A stretch of DNA of 64,000 nt from Eledone cirrhosa. Lineage: Eukaryota. Positions 1 through 16,320 of this stretch are shown one piece after another. The notes beneath the pieces were generated by a model. It did no database searches, was not told the origin of the DNA, and was given only the letters and a program-made list of their open reading frames with translations. Location: the NCBI GenBank assembly GCA_964016885.1, contig OZ024741.1, positions 264,740,001-264,804,000 of the forward strand. Direction: 5' to 3'. Position numbers and translations under genes: made by a program. How positions within the stretch are numbered: position 1 is the first letter of the stretch; each line of letters begins with the position of its first letter.

Positions 1-130
1 CAATATAATTATTTCATTACCCAAGGTTTCAAGAAACTAGATGATTCTTGCAGTGAACATATCCAGTGCGTCAAACAAAATAAATATATTGATAATATTG
101 TGTTGTTTATTATGTAAATATATATATATT

Positions 131-340
131 TATATCTGGAGATGTCTCTGCACTTGTCGTCACATGGTACCATGGGCCCAGCACTATGTGTCAATAATTG
201 TCACAAGTGTAGTGTTTGTACCAGAGTTTTCAAGTCGCTGGCTGGACTAAAAAGTCACACTCGTTCAGCCCATCGGTAGGGGTTCTCCTACATGGATATA
301 AAGTAGTGGCCGTACTCGAAAACGAGTTGGCAGCCACACC
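131..340 (+). mobile_element. 3' end of RTE/BovB-like LINE or derivative, with terminal C2H2 zinc-finger remnant
   Basis: Translates to CHKCSVCTRVFKSLAGLKSHTRSAHR*, a CxxC-12-HxxxxH finger like those ending RTE/BovB ORFs. A short 3' UTR runs into (TA)n. A near-identical inverted copy lies at 10341-10550. Confidence 0.7.
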
Positions 341-482
341 ATATATATATATATATATGTATATATAGTGGTAGAACACTGGAAGGTAATATCCTTAGTG
401 GTAGAGCACTCAGTCCAAGGGACGAGTTAGGTAGAAGTGGTTACACAACAGTTAGTTCCCCATACCGAAAATAATTGTTTCA

Positions 483-526
<44 letters not shown>

Positions 527-999
527 AATGAAAATGGCGTGCTGTGTTGTTGCAAATGTGATACATATGAATAAAAATTAGAAAAATAAGCCAGGACTAT
601 CCATCATCAGTGATCTACTAGCCATCATAGGTATTTCTTCGCATTAAAGATCAGATACCTCAGGCTAGCGCGAACAATAACTAAAATATGTTATTGGGAT
701 AAAAAGAATTGGGTAGAGAAAGAGAGACAGGTAAACAAACAAGAATGGTGAGGCAACGTAAAGAGAGGGAAAAAATGAGAAAATCATGTCAGTGATTCAT
801 GTGAACATAAGAACTTGCGAATCTTTGACGAGAAGACGAAAGACAATATATATATATATATATTTTATATATATATATATGCAAACACACACACACACAT
901 GCAAACATACATACATACACATATGCTCACAAAGAGACACGCAAAGTTCTTGTGTTGATAGGGAGCAAACACGCGGCCTTTGCACACTTTTTTCGGGGG

Positions 1000-1190
1000 T
1001 GTGTGCGACCCCCCAAGGCGCCTCCTCTCTATTGAGGATTTTGTTATAAATTTTATTTTTTGTTATATTTTATTTTATTTTTATATTTTGTTATTGCCTC
1101 CTCCTTATTGGGGACGCCTTTTTGTGTAAACTCCCCCCATTGTACTTGTCCCACTTTTGATGCCCTGGTGGCAAATAAAAGAAACATATC
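1000..1190 (+). mobile_element. Putative retroelement 3' UTR, related to 4995-5612
   Basis: T-rich tract ending tgtcccacttttgatgccctggtggcaAATAAAagaaa, similar to the ends at 5160-5205 and 5570-5612. Confidence 0.4.
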
Positions 1191-1555
1191 TATAAAGGAA
1201 GATATATATAGTAATGTGGTCCTAGAACGGCTACATCTGAATAATAGACCGGATGCTGTCAGTTGGAATGCTTTTCATCACAGCTGTCCGAGCAAGGTTG
1301 AGTTGAGGTTAAAAATCAACCGGAGAGACGACCCGTGATAAACTATGATAAAAATACGTGCAGCATAATATCTCTCCCTCTCTTTAAAAGTGCCTCCTCC
1401 AATATACAGCGGTTGCCGAAACTGGACCCCGAAACCAATGGTCGCATATACATGTTAAGTGTATGAAACTTTATTTATACTAAATAAGGTCTCTTGCAAC
1501 AGGTGCACTGTTTTCCTTTATCATTCATCTGCGGATTTCTGCACCCCACCCATAA

Positions 1556-1960
1556 CTAACTTTGATAACTTTGATAGATTTCGGCCAGTATTGGCCTAGG
1601 CCATGTCTAACTTAATCGCACCACCTGGCAAACTCTTTCAAATCGGGATTTAGACACCATCACCTACCCAAGGAGAGAATTATTGTTTACGGTGACATAA
1701 CCGGGTGTATGATGTTTATCCGGGATTTCTTGGAAGAATTCGTCCAAAGTTCTTTTGGGGTCTGTTTTAATGTGTTTTAATGTGTTTTGTTAAAGAGAGC
1801 GGGACCAATTGAGTTGAAATAATTGTATCGTAGTTTTGTTATGAGATGTGAGTTTGATTTTTGCACGGGTTCCAAGCCTCTGGTGTACTTTGAAGATGAC
1901 GCCAACATCCTTTTGGCTATGCTGATGGAATATTTTCCACATCATTCAGATAATGTTTGA
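1556..1960 (-). mobile_element. Degenerate 3' fragment of a CR1/Daphne-group LINE
   Basis: Minus-strand frames give YFNSIGPALFN and LDEFFQEIPDKHHTPGYVTVNNNSLL, matching the GPxLFN / LDxFLxxIPD / NSL C-terminus of this group. Short (ATCAAAGTT)n-like tail. Confidence 0.6.
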
Positions 1961-1999
1961 GCTATAAATATATTAATTACACACACACACAGAGTTATA

Positions 2000-2560
<561 letters not shown>

Positions 2561-2671
2561 CTTGGGTTCAATAGGGGTAACTACAATGATTTCTTTTGAA
2601 TGAAATAGTTCTAGTCCAATAGAAGCCATTTCTATATTAAACTTGATATATATATATATAAATAAACTGCA

Positions 2672-2704
<33 letters not shown>

Positions 2705-2711
2705 AATAAGG

Positions 2712-3265
2712 ATTTCTGATTTAGGCTCAAGGCCAACAATTTCTTTTTGGTGGGGTGTTGATTAAATCGATTAACGCACTGGGGTCGATTTAATCAACAC
2801 CAGTGCATTACTGGTACTTTATTTTATCGACCCTGTAAGGATGAAAGGCAAAGTCAACCTCGGCAGAATTTGAACTCACAATGTAAACGGTCATACATTA
2901 ATTGTTTCTACTTTAGGCACAAGGCCACCAATTATCCAAGTACATTACTGGTACTTTATTTTATCGACCTCGTAAAGATGAAAGGTAAAGTTAACCTCGG
3001 CGGGATTTGAACTCAGACCGTAAAGGGACGTAACTATGCTGGAAAGCATGGCGTCCGACCCTCTACCGATACTGCCAAAATCAATAATTGTTTCTACTTT
3101 AGGCACAAGGCCAGCAATTACCCAGTGCATTACTGGTACTTTATTTTATCGACCCCGTAAGGATGAAAGGCAAAGTCAACCTCGGCGGGATTTGAATTCA
3201 GACCGTAAAGGGACGTAACTATGCTGGAAAGCATGGCGTCCGACCCTCTACCGATACTGCCAATC
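2712..3265 (-). mobile_element. Three tandem tRNA-derived SINE copies (family A)
   Basis: Reverse complement of tggcagtatcgg (A box)...gagttcaaatcc (B box)...ctttgcctttcatccttacggggtcgataaaataaagtaccag...agaaacaatt. Copies at about 2712-2892, 2900-3078 and 3086-3265. Confidence 0.9.
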
Positions 3266-3294
3266 AATAATGATTATCATCAATATTCGCTAAG

Positions 3295-3592
3295 GTTAGC
3301 TTTGGCTTTCATCCTTACCGAGTCGACAAAATAAGTACCAGTAATGCACTGGGGTAATTGCTGGTCTTGTGCCAATAGTAAAAATATTATTATTGTTATT
3401 ATTATTGTTATTATTATTGGCAGTATCGGTAGAGAGTCGGACGCCATGCTTTCCACCATAGTTACGTCCCTTTACGGTCTGAGTTCAAATCCCGCCGAGG
3501 TTGACTTTGCCTTTCATCCTTATGGGGTCGATAAAATAAAGTACCAGTAATGTACTGAGTAATTGCTGGCCTTGTGCCAAATGTAGAAACAA
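3295..3592 (+). mobile_element. Two family A SINE copies (one partial, one near full-length)
   Basis: Same core motif on the + strand at 3295-3385 and 3418-3592. Confidence 0.9.
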
Positions 3593-4004
3593 TCATTTCT
3601 TCGTTATACTTATCAATTCCAGAGTCAGAGCCGATCGTACCTTGAGCTGATCGATGATGAAACGCACGCCACAGGTGAATAAAATATGTAGAAGATCCTA
3701 AATTGATATTTCGTCCCCCCATATTATTACACTGGTCAACACACTTTTTTTCCCCTTAAGTTTTGTTGTTGTTTTTGGTTAATTTTGAGGTGCTGATTTC
3801 AAATATGGCATCCATTTTTCCCTAACACATCAGATTTTCATCTGAGTGAAGCACAGGGCGAATTGCTGACTCCAGATTTGGATAACTTATTTTCTCTCAA
3901 GTTTTCTTGCTAAGAAGTCTTTGTAAGACAAAAGTAACAATCTTCTGCTTTTGTTGACCAGTGTTACTGTTACTTATCTTTTTACTCTTGTTAAATTTGT
4001 TGAC

Positions 4005-4355
4005 TCGCAAAACACACATAACAACACACACATACACCAACACACACATAACAACACACACATACACCAACACACACATAACAACACACACATACACCAA
4101 CACACACATAACAACACACACATACACCAACACACACATAACAACACACACATACACCAACACACACATACACCAACACACACATAACAACACACATATA
4201 ACAACACACACATACACCAACACACACATACAACAACACACACATACACCAACACACACATAACAACACACACATAACAACACACACATACACCAACACA
4301 CACATAACAACACACACATACACCAGCACACAGACACACACACACATACACACAT
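4005..4355. repeat. 30-bp CA-rich minisatellite
   Basis: Tandem acaacacacacatacaccaacacacacata units. Confidence 0.9.
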
Positions 4356-4447
4356 ACATTGTTTTCGTCCTGTGCCGTCCAAATGTTTTCTCAATGTTTA
4401 GTCACACACAATGTTTAGTCACACACATGTGGTAAATGTTGACATCG

Positions 4448-4919
4448 TTCTTCTTCTTCTTCTTCTTCTTCTTCTTCTTCTTCTTCTTCTTCTTCTTCTT
4501 CTTCTTCTTCTTCTTTTTCTTCTTCTTCTTCTTCTTTTTCTTTTTCTTCTTCTTCTTCTTCTTCTTTTTCTTCTTCTTTTTCTTCTTCTTCTTCTTTTTC
4601 TTCTTCTTCTTTTTCTTTTTCTTCTTTTTTTCTTTTTCTTCTTTTTCTTTTTCTTCTTCTTCTTCTTTTCTTTTTCTTCTTCTTCTTTTTCTTTTTCTTT
4701 TTCTTTTTCTTCTTCTTCTTCTTCTTTTTCTTCTTTTTCTTCTTCTTATTATTTTTCTTCTTCTTCTTCTTCTTCTTCTTCTTCTTCTTCTTCTTCTTCT
4801 TCTTCTTTTCTTCTTCTTCTTTTTCTTCTTCTTCTTTTTCTTTTTCTTCTTCTTCTTCTTCTTCTTCTTCTTCTTCTTCTTCTTCTTCTTCTTCTTCTTC
4901 TTCTTCTTCTTCTTCTTCT
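4448..4919. repeat. (CTT)n trinucleotide tract
   Basis: Directly visible. Confidence 0.97.
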
Positions 4920-4994
4920 AGGGATTTGAACGTCAGAACGTAAACAGTTACGGCTCTTTATATTCTGAGTTCAAATCTCGTTAGCTTCGAAGGG

Positions 4995-5612
4995 AGCTCC
5001 TTGCACAACACGCTCCTGAAGTTGAGGGTTGTTCTATCGACGGGGTATTAAACAACCCATTTGTGGCGCTTCCCCCCAATTGGGGATTTCGATTGTTATA
5101 ATTGTTTGTTTCAATATTTTTACACAACTATATGTAAAATCCGCGGCATGTGTCTTTGTATTGTCCCCTTTTCTTGTGCGTCCTTGTGGCTAATAAAGAA
5201 ATATATCTATCACTTCCAGAACATGCTCCTGGAGTTGAGGGTTGTTCTATCTACGAGGTGTAAAACAACCCTGCAGTAACGTTCCTCCTGTTGGGGATTT
5301 CGATTGTTTATTATTTCATAAAAATGGCGGTGGATTGGCAGTATCGGCAGAGGGTCGGACGCCATGCTTTCCAGCATAGTTACGTCCCTTTACGGTCTGA
5401 GTTCAAATCCCGTCGAGGTTAACTTTGCCTTTCATCCTTACGGGGTCGATAAAATAAAGTACCAGTAATGTACTGGGTAATTACTGGCCTTGTGCCTAAA
5501 GTAGAAACAATTATTTCATAAATGTTAAAACTTTTGTTTACACGCTTAAAATCTCCGCCATGCGTCCTGTAATGTCCCTTTTCTTGTACACCTTGTGGCA
5601 AATAAAGAAATA
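4995..5612 (+). mobile_element. Two tandem copies of a putative retroelement 3' end, the second interrupted by a SINE
   Basis: gctcctgRagttgagggttgttctatc...ttggggatttcgattgtt...cttgtggcWAATAAAgaaata occurs at 5010-5205 and 5225-5612. Confidence 0.6.
5326..5510 (+). mobile_element. Full-length family A SINE with target-site duplication
   Basis: Runs ggcggtggattggcag...agaaacaa and is flanked by ttatttcataaa at 5311-5322 and 5511-5522. Confidence 0.92.
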
Positions 5613-5838
5613 CATCTATCTATCTATCTATCTATCTATCTTCCCCTCTCTCTCTCTCTATCTATATATCTATCTATCTAGCTACCTCCCTCTCTCCCTC
5701 ACTTGCCGTTTCTTCATTTCCCCTCTTAACTCATTCCTTTCTTAGCTCGACTCATATGTCTCCACCCCCACCCCCGTCTGACTCCTTGTAGCGTTAACAT
5801 GTCATCTAGTTTATTCTTTTAAACACTCCACTTACACT

Positions 5839-7830
<1,992 letters not shown>

Positions 7831-8337
7831 TTTGTATATAAGCACCACGCGTCCAGCTAAATATACACTGACTACTGTGAATAAAATAGGAAAGACAACT
7901 TATTCAGAGATTCAGACATTCAGACATCAGACATCCACAAGGCAAGCAGCCGGGGCCGACAGCTACATATAGAGAGAGTTCACCAATTCTATCGGACCAC
8001 TTTACCACCTTCACTTCTAAACAACCCTTACAAACAGTACGGCGCCAAAACCTTACCATGGATCTTATATTAAGGAATGCCATTCGCCCGGTGAGATATT
8101 AATTGCAGTATTACACTACAATTGACATTTATATAGTTATTATCAACATTATCATGGATGTATTGTGTATTTTGTGTCCATTAATATTGTTGTTGTTGTT
8201 GTTATTATTATTATTATTATATTGCTATTTTTTTATACAGTTGTTACAGTTGTTGTTATTGTTATATATACAATAATATAGTTTAGTTGATCGTTTTGTT
8301 CACGTACCCCCGTTCCTTTATTTTATGTAGTGGCTAC

Positions 8338-8375
<38 letters not shown>

Positions 8376-8402
8376 AATATTTATATATACATACATTTAC
8401 AG

Positions 8403-8449
<47 letters not shown>

Positions 8450-8525
8450 AATATTTATATATACATACATTTACAGACAAACACATACACATATATATAT
8501 ATATATATCTATATATATATATCCA

Positions 8526-8591
<66 letters not shown>

Positions 8592-8732
8592 GTATGTATA
8601 TATGAGTATATATGTTTGATTACCTGTCACGATAAAATAAAGTACCAGTAATACACTGGGATAATTACTGGCCCCTTGTACCAATAGTAGAAACAATTAT
8701 GAACTATCTCTTTCTCTCTCCCTCTTTCCCGC

Positions 8733-8768
<36 letters not shown>

Positions 8769-8796
8769 TACAGATATATATTTTTAAATATGTATG

Positions 8797-8947
<151 letters not shown>

Positions 8948-9130
8948 CATGTATTTATGTATGTATGTATGTATGTATGTATGTATGAAAGTAAGTAAGT
9001 ATGTATTTGTCGTGAACTTATTTTCACCCTCTGTCTTCTGTGATACCCCCAATCCAAGATAAAGGGAGCCTTTAACCCCCGGCCACAGAATGTCTGGTCT
9101 TGTATGTTAGATATATATATAGAGATATTC

Positions 9131-9312
9131 TTGGCAGTATCGGTAGAGGGTCGGACGCCATGCTTTGACGTATAGAGTTACGGCCCTTGCCATTCTGAGT
9201 TCAAATCCCGCCGAGGTTAACTTTGCCTTTCATCCTTACGAGGTCGATAAAATAAAGTACCAGTAATGCACTGGGTATTTGCTGGCCTTGTGCCTAACGT
9301 AGAAACAATTAT
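9131..9312 (+). mobile_element. Family A SINE
   Basis: A box, B box, central core and agaaacaatt tail all present. Confidence 0.9.
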
Positions 9313-9453
9313 TAGTATCTCACTACATCTCTGTTGCTGTTGTTGTTTAACTCGTGGTCAGCCCTTAACTGAGCTGATCTTTATGGTCAGCTCCTACTGA
9401 GACCCTATTATATGGTCAAAAGTTGGCAGTTGTTCCCTTTATATACATACACA

Positions 9454-9520
<67 letters not shown>

Positions 9521-9524
9521 TAAA

Positions 9525-9565
<41 letters not shown>

Positions 9566-9617
9566 TAACAGATTAAAGTTTAAGCAAAGAATCGCTGCTT
9601 TAACCCATAACGGATCT

Positions 9618-9741
<124 letters not shown>

Positions 9742-9842
9742 AACAGATTAAAGTTTAAGCAAAGAATCGCTGCTTTCACCCTTATCGAGCCCTCTTCGGT
9801 TTTTAGTCTTCACATTTATTATTATTATTATTATTACTATAC

Positions 9843-9921
<79 letters not shown>

Positions 9922-9928
9922 TAACGCG

Positions 9929-9974
9929 TTCCTGATGATTTCATAATGAATGAAACAGTACTAGTTCTGAAGAA
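9929..9974 (+). ncRNA. Degenerate type I hammerhead motif (family H1)
   Basis: ttc CTGATGA tttcataatgaat GAAA cag tactagtt ctg AA gaa. The conserved U before the cleavage site is A here, so it is probably inactive. Homologous to 36939-36991. Confidence 0.55.
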
Positions 9975-10237
9975 GCCTTTTTCTATATAAACTTCTGTCT
10001 TTACTCTACACATGTATTGAGTACCTTATTTACTGTGGTTACCCCTGACGCAACTCGGGACTTATCATATATATATATATATATATATAAATGTGTGTGT
10101 GCGTGCATTTATTTTATAGAAATGACTTCTAATATATATGCCTATACTCTACTAACGTATTACCTCATTTATATATATATATACATCAGAAATCCACATA
10201 TACGTACACACACACTCACACAGGCACACACACACTT

Positions 10238-10276
<39 letters not shown>

Positions 10277-10340
10277 GCATCAGAAATCCACCTATATATA
10301 CACACACACACACTCACAAAAACTTATATATATACATATA

Positions 10341-10891
10341 TGGTGGCTGCCAACTCGTTTTCGAGTACGGCCACTACTTTATATCCATGTAGGAGAACCC
10401 CCACCGATGCGCTGAACGAGTGTGACTTTTTAGTCCAGCCAGCGACTTGAAAACTCTGGCACAAACACTACACCTGTGACAATTATTGACACATAGTGCT
10501 GGGCCCATGGTACCATGTGACGACAAGTGCAGAGATCTCCAGATATAAAGCAATGCCTGTGCCGTGAAGCTTTTATAGTGAGCAAAGGCACTGCACAAAG
10601 CCAGTCCCACTCTCTTAACCAAGATGATATTTACCAAAAAGAAGAACAAGTCAACATCATTGGATACCATCAGGGTTGCAGGTGTTATATCAGAGTTTTC
10701 CTTCTCCTAGAATTCTGCCTTGACAAAGGCTAAGGGGTCATCTCTCCCGGTGATTTTGGATGGCCATTGACTCTTAAGAGCTCCTTTGCCCTTTGACAGG
10801 TTTTGTTTTTAGTCCTGCAGGATGTCCAAAGTCACCCTCCTCACCAAGAAACCTTGGTGGGGTTGCCAGTTTAGTCGCCAACGACCCGACC
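10341..10891 (-). mobile_element. About 550-bp non-autonomous RTE-like element (5' UTR-like part joined to zinc-finger 3' end)
   Basis: The 3' part matches 131-340 (CSVCARVFKSLAGLKSHTRSAH). The 5' part contains ctaggagaaggaaaactctga, which I recall from RTE 5' UTRs. No RT coding sequence lies between them. Confidence 0.6.
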
Positions 10892-11450
10892 ATACATATA
10901 TATATACATATATACATATATATATACATATATACACACATCAGAAATCCACCTATAAACACACACACACACACACACACACTTATATATATATCAGTGA
11001 TTACATGGTTTAGTGCCTCCTTTCGTTCTTTTTTTTTATGGCAGTGATGCGGATGCTGCTTTTGAGGGAATCTGGCTGCTATTTCTAACACGTTGATCAA
11101 CCACATTACAAGCCTCCTCATTTTCTTTTATAATGTTACTTCTGCTTGTAACGTGCTGTTTTGTTGTTGTTGTTGTCGTTTATGTTGCAGTATTTTCTCA
11201 ACAGGCCGAACGGCACGCTTTCAGTTCAGATTTGAAGTTGAACTCATTCCCACTTCGTGGAAAGGCATGCATGTCATATAATCCCCATCTTTTCGCACCT
11301 CTATATAGTTCTAGCGCTATGCCTTCCTGTCATCATTACACAGTCACGCACACATACATTTACGCACACATACATATACACACACACCCACACGCACACA
11401 TACATTCACACCCACACGCATTCACACGCATGCACACACACACACACACT

Positions 11451-11485
<35 letters not shown>

Positions 11486-11621
11486 GCACACATACACATA
11501 CACCCGCACACACACGCGCATACACACACGCATACACACAAACACATACACATGCACACACACACAAATAAAAAAACATTAAAAAAAATATAATGGATGT
11601 TGTTTAACCCCAGGCCCTACC

Positions 11622-12597
11622 CTACCACCACCACCAACACCACCAACACCACCACCAACACCACCACCACCAACACCACCACCACCAACACCACACCCAA
11701 CACCACCACCACCAACAACACCACCACCAACACCACCACCACCAACACCACACCCAACACCACCACCACCAACACCAACAACACCACCACCAACAACACC
11801 ACCACCAACACCAACACTACCAACACCAACACCACCAACACCAACACCACCACCAACACCACCACCACCAACACCACACCCAACACCACCACCACCAACA
11901 ACACCAACAACACCACCACCAACACCACCACCACTAACACCACACCCAACACCACCACCACCAACACCACACCCAACACCACCACCACCAACAACACCAA
12001 CAACACCACCACCAACAACACCACCACCACCAACACCACCACCACCAACACCACACCCAACACCACCACCACCAACAACACCAACAACACCACCACCAAC
12101 AACACCACCACCAACACCAACACTACCAACACCAACACCACCACCACCAACACCACCACCAACACCAACACCACCACCAACACCACCACCACCAACACCA
12201 CACCCAACACCACCACCACCAACACCACACCCAACACCACCACCACCAACAACACCAACAACACCACCACCAACACCACCACCACTAACACTACTACCAC
12301 CGACCCTACCACCACCACCAACACCACCAACTCCACCAACACCACCACCATCACCACCAACAACACCAACAACACCACCACCAACACCACCACCACTAAC
12401 ACTACTACCACCGACCCTACCACCACCAACACCACCACCATCACCACCAACACCACCACCAACACCACCATCAACACCACCACCACCAACACTACCAACT
12501 TCACTAACACCACCACCAACTTCACCAACAACACCAACACCACCACCACCACCACCACCAACACCGCCAACACCACCACCACCACCAATACCACCAA
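11622..12597. repeat. (CAC/CAA)n trinucleotide-derived tract
   Basis: Directly visible; it is the source of the spurious Thr/Asn, Gly/Val and Val/Leu ORFs. Confidence 0.95.
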
Positions 12598-12854
12598 GGA
12601 CCGTGTGCCCCAACATGTGCACTATACCCCAATCTCAACATCTTAAACATTGTTATACCCATCCGCCCTTCACACATACAGCGACGATCAACTGCAAAGT
12701 GTAAAGAAATTGGTGTATAGGTGGTGCCAGATACACAATAACATGTGTGGTGGAAGAGATGGGACAGGGGGTTCCGACGGTAATGTGTACCAAACTTACC
12801 TTAGTGTAAAAGTAATAAGGTAAAACCGGAAGTTTGTTCTCATTAACATCATTT

Positions 12855-15800
12855 TCAAATTGCCCCTCTTAAATATTCAAATTTCGCCCCTAAATATTCA
12901 AATTGCTCCCTGTCCTTAAATATTCAAATTGCTCCCTGTCCTTAAATATTCAAATTGCTCCCCTCTTAAATATTCAAATTGCTCCCCGTCCTTAAATATT
13001 CAAATTGCTCCCCTCTTAAATATTCAAATTGCTCTCTGTCCTTAAATATTCAAACTGCTCCCCCTCTTAAATATTCAAATTGCTCCCCGTCCTTAAATAT
13101 TCAAATTGCTCCCCTCTTAAATATTCAAATTGCTCCCCGTCCTTAAATATTCAAATTGCTCCCTGTCCTTAAATATTCAAACTGCTCCCCCTCTTAAATA
13201 TTCAAATTGCTCCCCGTCCTTAAATATTCAAATTGCTCCCCTCTTAAATATTCAAATTGCTCCCTGTCCTTAAATATTCAAATTGCTCCCTGTCCTTAAA
13301 TATTCAAACTGCTCCCCCTCTTAAATATTCAAATTGCTCCCCGTCCTTAAATATTCAAATTGCTCCCCTCTTAAATATTCAAATTGCTCCCTGTCCTTAA
13401 ATATTCAAATTGCTCCCTGTCCTTAAATATTCAAACTGCTCCCCCTCTTAAATATTCAAATTGCTCCCCGTCCTTAAATATTCAAATTGCTCCCTCTCTT
13501 AAATATTCAAATTGCTCCCCGTCCTTAAATATTCAAATTGCTCCCCTCTTAAATATTCAAATTGCTCCCTGTCCTTAAATATTCAAATTGCTCCCTGTCC
13601 TTAAATATTCAAACTGCTCCCCCTCTTAAATATTCAAATTGCTCCCCTCTTAAATATTCAAATTGCTCCCCGTCCTTAAATATTCAAATTGCTCCCTGTC
13701 CTTAAATATTCAAACTGCTCCCCCTCTTAAATATTCAAATTGCTCCCCGTCCTTAAATATTCAAATTGCTCCCTCTCTTAAATATTCAAATTGCTCCCCG
13801 TCCTTAAATATTCAAATTGCTCCCCTCTTAAATATTCAAATTGCTCCCTGTCCTTAAATATTCAAATTGCTCCCTGTCCTTAAATATTCAAACTGCTCCC
13901 CCTCTTAAATATTCAAATTGCTCCCCGTCCTTAAATATTCAAATTGCTCCCCTCTTAAATATTCAAATTGCTCCCTGTCCTTAAATATTCAAATTGCTCC
14001 CCGTCCTTAAATATTCAAATTGCTCCCCTCTTAAATATTCAAATTGCTCCCCGTCCTTAAATATTCAAATTGCTCCCCTCTTAAATATTCAAATTGCTCC
14101 CCGTCCTTAAATATTCAAATTGCTCCCCTCTTAAATATTCAAATTGCTCCCTGTCCTTAAATATTCAAACTGCTCCCCCTCTTAAATATTCAAATTGCTC
14201 GCCGTCCTTAAATATTCAAATTGCTCGCCTCTTAAATATTCAAATTGCTCCCTGTCCTTAAATATTCAAATTGCTCCCCTCTTAAATATTCAAATTGCTC
14301 CCTGTCCTTAAATATTCAAATTGCTCCCCGTCCTTAAATATTCAAATTGCTCCCCTCTTAAATATTCAAATTGCTCCCTGTCCTTAAATATTCAAATTGC
14401 TCCCCGTCCTTAAATATTCAAATTGCTCCCCTCTTAAATATTCAAATTGCTCCCTGTCCTTAAATATTCAAATTGCTCCCCGTCCTTAAATATTCAAATT
14501 GCTCCCTGTCCTTAAATATTCAAATTGCTCCCCTCTTAAATATTCAAATTGCTCCCTGTCCTTAAATATTCAAACTGCTCCCCTCTTAAATATTCAAATT
14601 GCTCCCCGTCCTTAAATATTCAAATTGCTCCCTGTCCTTAAATATTCAAACTGCTCCCCCTCTTAAATATTCAAATTGCTCCCCGTCCTTAAATATTCAA
14701 ATTGCTCCCTGTCCTTAAATATTCAAACTGCTCCCCCTCTTAAATATTCAAATTGCTCCCCGTCCTTAAATATTCAAATTGCTCCCTGTCCTTAAATATT
14801 CAAATTGCTCCCCGTCCTTAAATATTCAAATTGCTCCCCGTCCTTAAATATTCAAATTGCTCCCTGTCCTTAAATATTCAAACTGCTCCCCCTCTTAAAT
14901 ATTCAAATTGCTCCCCGTCCTTAAATATTCAAATTGCTCCCCTCTTAAATATTCAAATTGCTCCCTGTCCTTAAATATTCAAATTGCTCCCCGTCCTTAA
15001 ATATTCAAATTGCTCCCTGTCCTTAAATATTCAAACTGCTCCCCCTCTTAAATATTCAAATTGCTCCCCGTCCTTAAATATTCAAATTGCTCCCCTCTTA
15101 AATATTCAAATTGCTCCCTGTCCGTAAATATTCAAACTGCTCCCCATCTTAAATATTCAAATTGCTCCCCGTCCTTAAATATTCAAATTGCTCCCCTCTT
15201 AAATATTCAAATTGCTCCCCGTCCCTAAATATTCAAATTGCTCCCCGTCCTTAAATATTCAAATTGCTCCCCTCTTAAATATTCAAATTGCTCCCTGTCC
15301 TTAAATATTCAAATTGCTCCCCGTCCTTAAATATTCAAATTGCTCCCTGTCCTTAAATATTCAAACTGCTCCCCATCTTAAATATTCAAATTGCTCCCCG
15401 TCCTTAAATATTCAAATTGCTCCCCTCTTAAATATTCAAATTGCTCCCCGTCCCTAAATATTCAAATTGCTCTCTGTCCTTAAATATTCAAACTGCTCCC
15501 CCTCTTAAATATTCAAATTGCTCCCCGTCCTTAAATATTCAAATTGCTCCCCCTCTTAAATATTCAAATTGCTCCCTGTCCTTAAATATTCAAATTGCTC
15601 CCCTCTTAAATATTCAAATTGCTCCCCGTCCTTAAATATTCAAATTGCTCCCCTCTTAAATATTCAAATTGCTCCCTGTCCTTAAATATTCAAACTGCTC
15701 CCCTCTTAAATATTCAAATTGCTCCCCTCTTAAATATTCAAATTGCTCCCCGTCCTTAAATATTCAAATTGCTCCCCGTCCTTAAATATTCAAATTGCCC

Positions 15801-15990
15801 CCGCCCTTAAATATTCAAATTCCGCACTTTAAATATTCAATTTACCCACCCCCTAATATACAAATTGCACCCATCCCCCAATATTCAAATTACCCCCTCC
15901 TCCTAAATATTCAAATTGTCCCCCTTAAATATTCAAATTGCACTCCTTACATATTCAAATTGGACCCCTTACATATTCAAAATGTCCCCC
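12855..15990. repeat. Minisatellite of 24-26-bp units, about 3.1 kb
   Basis: Core cttaaatattcaaa(t/c)tgctccc with endings ct, cct, tgtc or cgtc. Degenerates at both edges. Confidence 0.97.
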
Positions 15991-16044
15991 TATCAAGCGT
16001 GGTCCAACGTTGGGAACCACTGCAGTAGACACAATATGGACTCA

Positions 16045-16320
16045 GAAATAGCTGAATGGTTGAAACGTTCGCTTCGTAAGCATGAGGTGGCCTTCAATCC
16101 CAGCCCTTGAGTGAAATTTGGTACACAGAGAATGTATGGAAGCCCGTCGGGTGTATTGTACTTGTAATTCACTAGGGTCAACCTTTGTCACATTGAGTTC
16201 CGCTGATTGTGTCTGAGAATTGCCTTAAGGCTACACGTGTCTGAAGAATATTCAACCATTTACACGTTAATTCCCTGGTAGGAATGCTCATCATGAAAAC
16301 AGACGTGGATCCTCCATCGC
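16045..16320 (+). mobile_element. Diverged tRNA-derived SINE (family B)
   Basis: gctgaatggtt A-box-like head. Shares ctgagaatt...ttaaggctacac(g/a)tgt with 26128-26460. Confidence 0.55.

Noticed and set aside
5326-5420. tRNA genes at SINE heads
   Set aside because: A and B boxes are present but there is no complete cloverleaf, and they continue into the SINE body.
10374-10670. Host C2H2 zinc-finger gene
   Set aside because: A single finger inside a dispersed repeat with an RTE-type 3' end and no TGEKP linkers.
11579-12646. Mucin-like Thr/Asn-rich or Gly/Val-rich ORFs (also 19206-19800, 28158-29181, 52255-53946)
   Set aside because: Trinucleotide tracts open in several frames on both strands, with no signal peptide, domain or splice support.
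12790-12835. Minus-strand splice donor (AG/GTAAGT) near an ETS motif CCGGAAGT
   Set aside because: Short motifs expected by chance, with no linked exon or ORF.
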